A stretch of 63,995 nucleotides of DNA, the filler included, from Octopus bimaculoides (taxonomy: Eukaryota): the NCBI RefSeq assembly GCF_001194135.2. It is 7 parts of 6 records of this genome, joined end to end, with 100 filler letters (N's around TTAATTAATTAA, not from the genome) between each part and the next. Parts side by side here need not be neighbours in the genome. Positions count along the whole stretch, not along the records: positions 62,938 to 63,995 come from NW_026366975.1; 6 more parts are not named here. The stretch is one strand, 5' to 3'. The notes beneath the pieces are model-generated. The model saw only the letters and a program-made list of their open reading frames with translations. It made no database searches and had not been told where the DNA came from. The translations under genes and the position numbers were made by a program. Below, in pieces: positions 63,681 to 63,995 of the stretch. Every line of letters starts with the position of its first letter. Positions within the stretch are counted from its first letter, which is position 1.

Positions 63681-63855
63681 GGGGAGAGAAAGAGAGACAG
63701 AGGATGGGAGGAGAAAGAGAGACAGAGGATGGGGGAGAAAGAGAGACAGAGGATGGGAGTAGAAAGAGAGACAGAGGATGAGAGGAGAAAGAGAGACAGA
63801 GGATGGGAGGAAAAAGAGAGACAGAGGATGGGAGGAGAAAGAGAGACAGAGGGAG
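63681..63855. repeat. purine-rich minisatellite, ~7 units of 24-25 bp (gggaggagaaagagagacagaggat)
   Basis: Direct reading. Confidence 0.9.
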
Positions 63856-63995
63856 GGATAGGATGGGAAGAGAAACAGGAAGAAACAAGAAAGGATGAAG
63901 GATGTGAGAAGAAGGGAGACACGGACTGAGAAGAGGGGGAAAAGCGTATGAGGGAGAGGTTGAAGTGACAGAAGGAGAGGAAGGCGTTGTGAGAT

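Noticed and set aside
63407-63929. 171-aa, 136-aa and 92-aa low-complexity ORFs
   Set aside because: They are translations of the purine-rich minisatellite.

Overview
AT-rich, microsatellite-dense eukaryotic scaffold with many N gaps. The SINE, LINE and microsatellite content looks like an octopus (coleoid cephalopod) genome; this is an inference from repeat style, not a search result. Protein-coding content: (i) a minus-strand cluster of intronless orphan class-A GPCRs, comprising an intact gene at 10411-11346, a full-length pseudogene at 15498-16395 that the ORF track missed, and a copy at 19236-20090 that lost its ancestral start and N-terminus, with a possible older relic near 4.7-5.65 kb; (ii) the first coding exon (TM1-TM5 and ICL3) of a luqin/RYamide-type neuropeptide receptor at 54413-55147; (iii) a short Myb/SANT-like ORF at 63148-63468, probably retroelement-derived. 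Mobile DNA includes a decayed full-length D,D34D mariner, mariner/Tc1 MITEs and fragments, RTE-type LINE fragments with a structured tandem 3' UTR, and three or four tRNA-derived SINE families. The least expected signal is a set of at least seven type-I minimal hammerhead-ribozyme folds of the Penelope/retrozyme kind. They include a 541-bp direct-repeat element with two hammerheads 382 nt apart, a 165-bp fold-back element whose inverted arm would block its own hammerhead, and core variants (A6U, G3-C8 swap). Repeat copies between about 37.7 and 51.7 kb appear to have lost their CpGs, suggesting a historically methylated block. Most listed ORFs are microsatellite or N-gap artefacts. Repeat boundaries are approximate (by eye).
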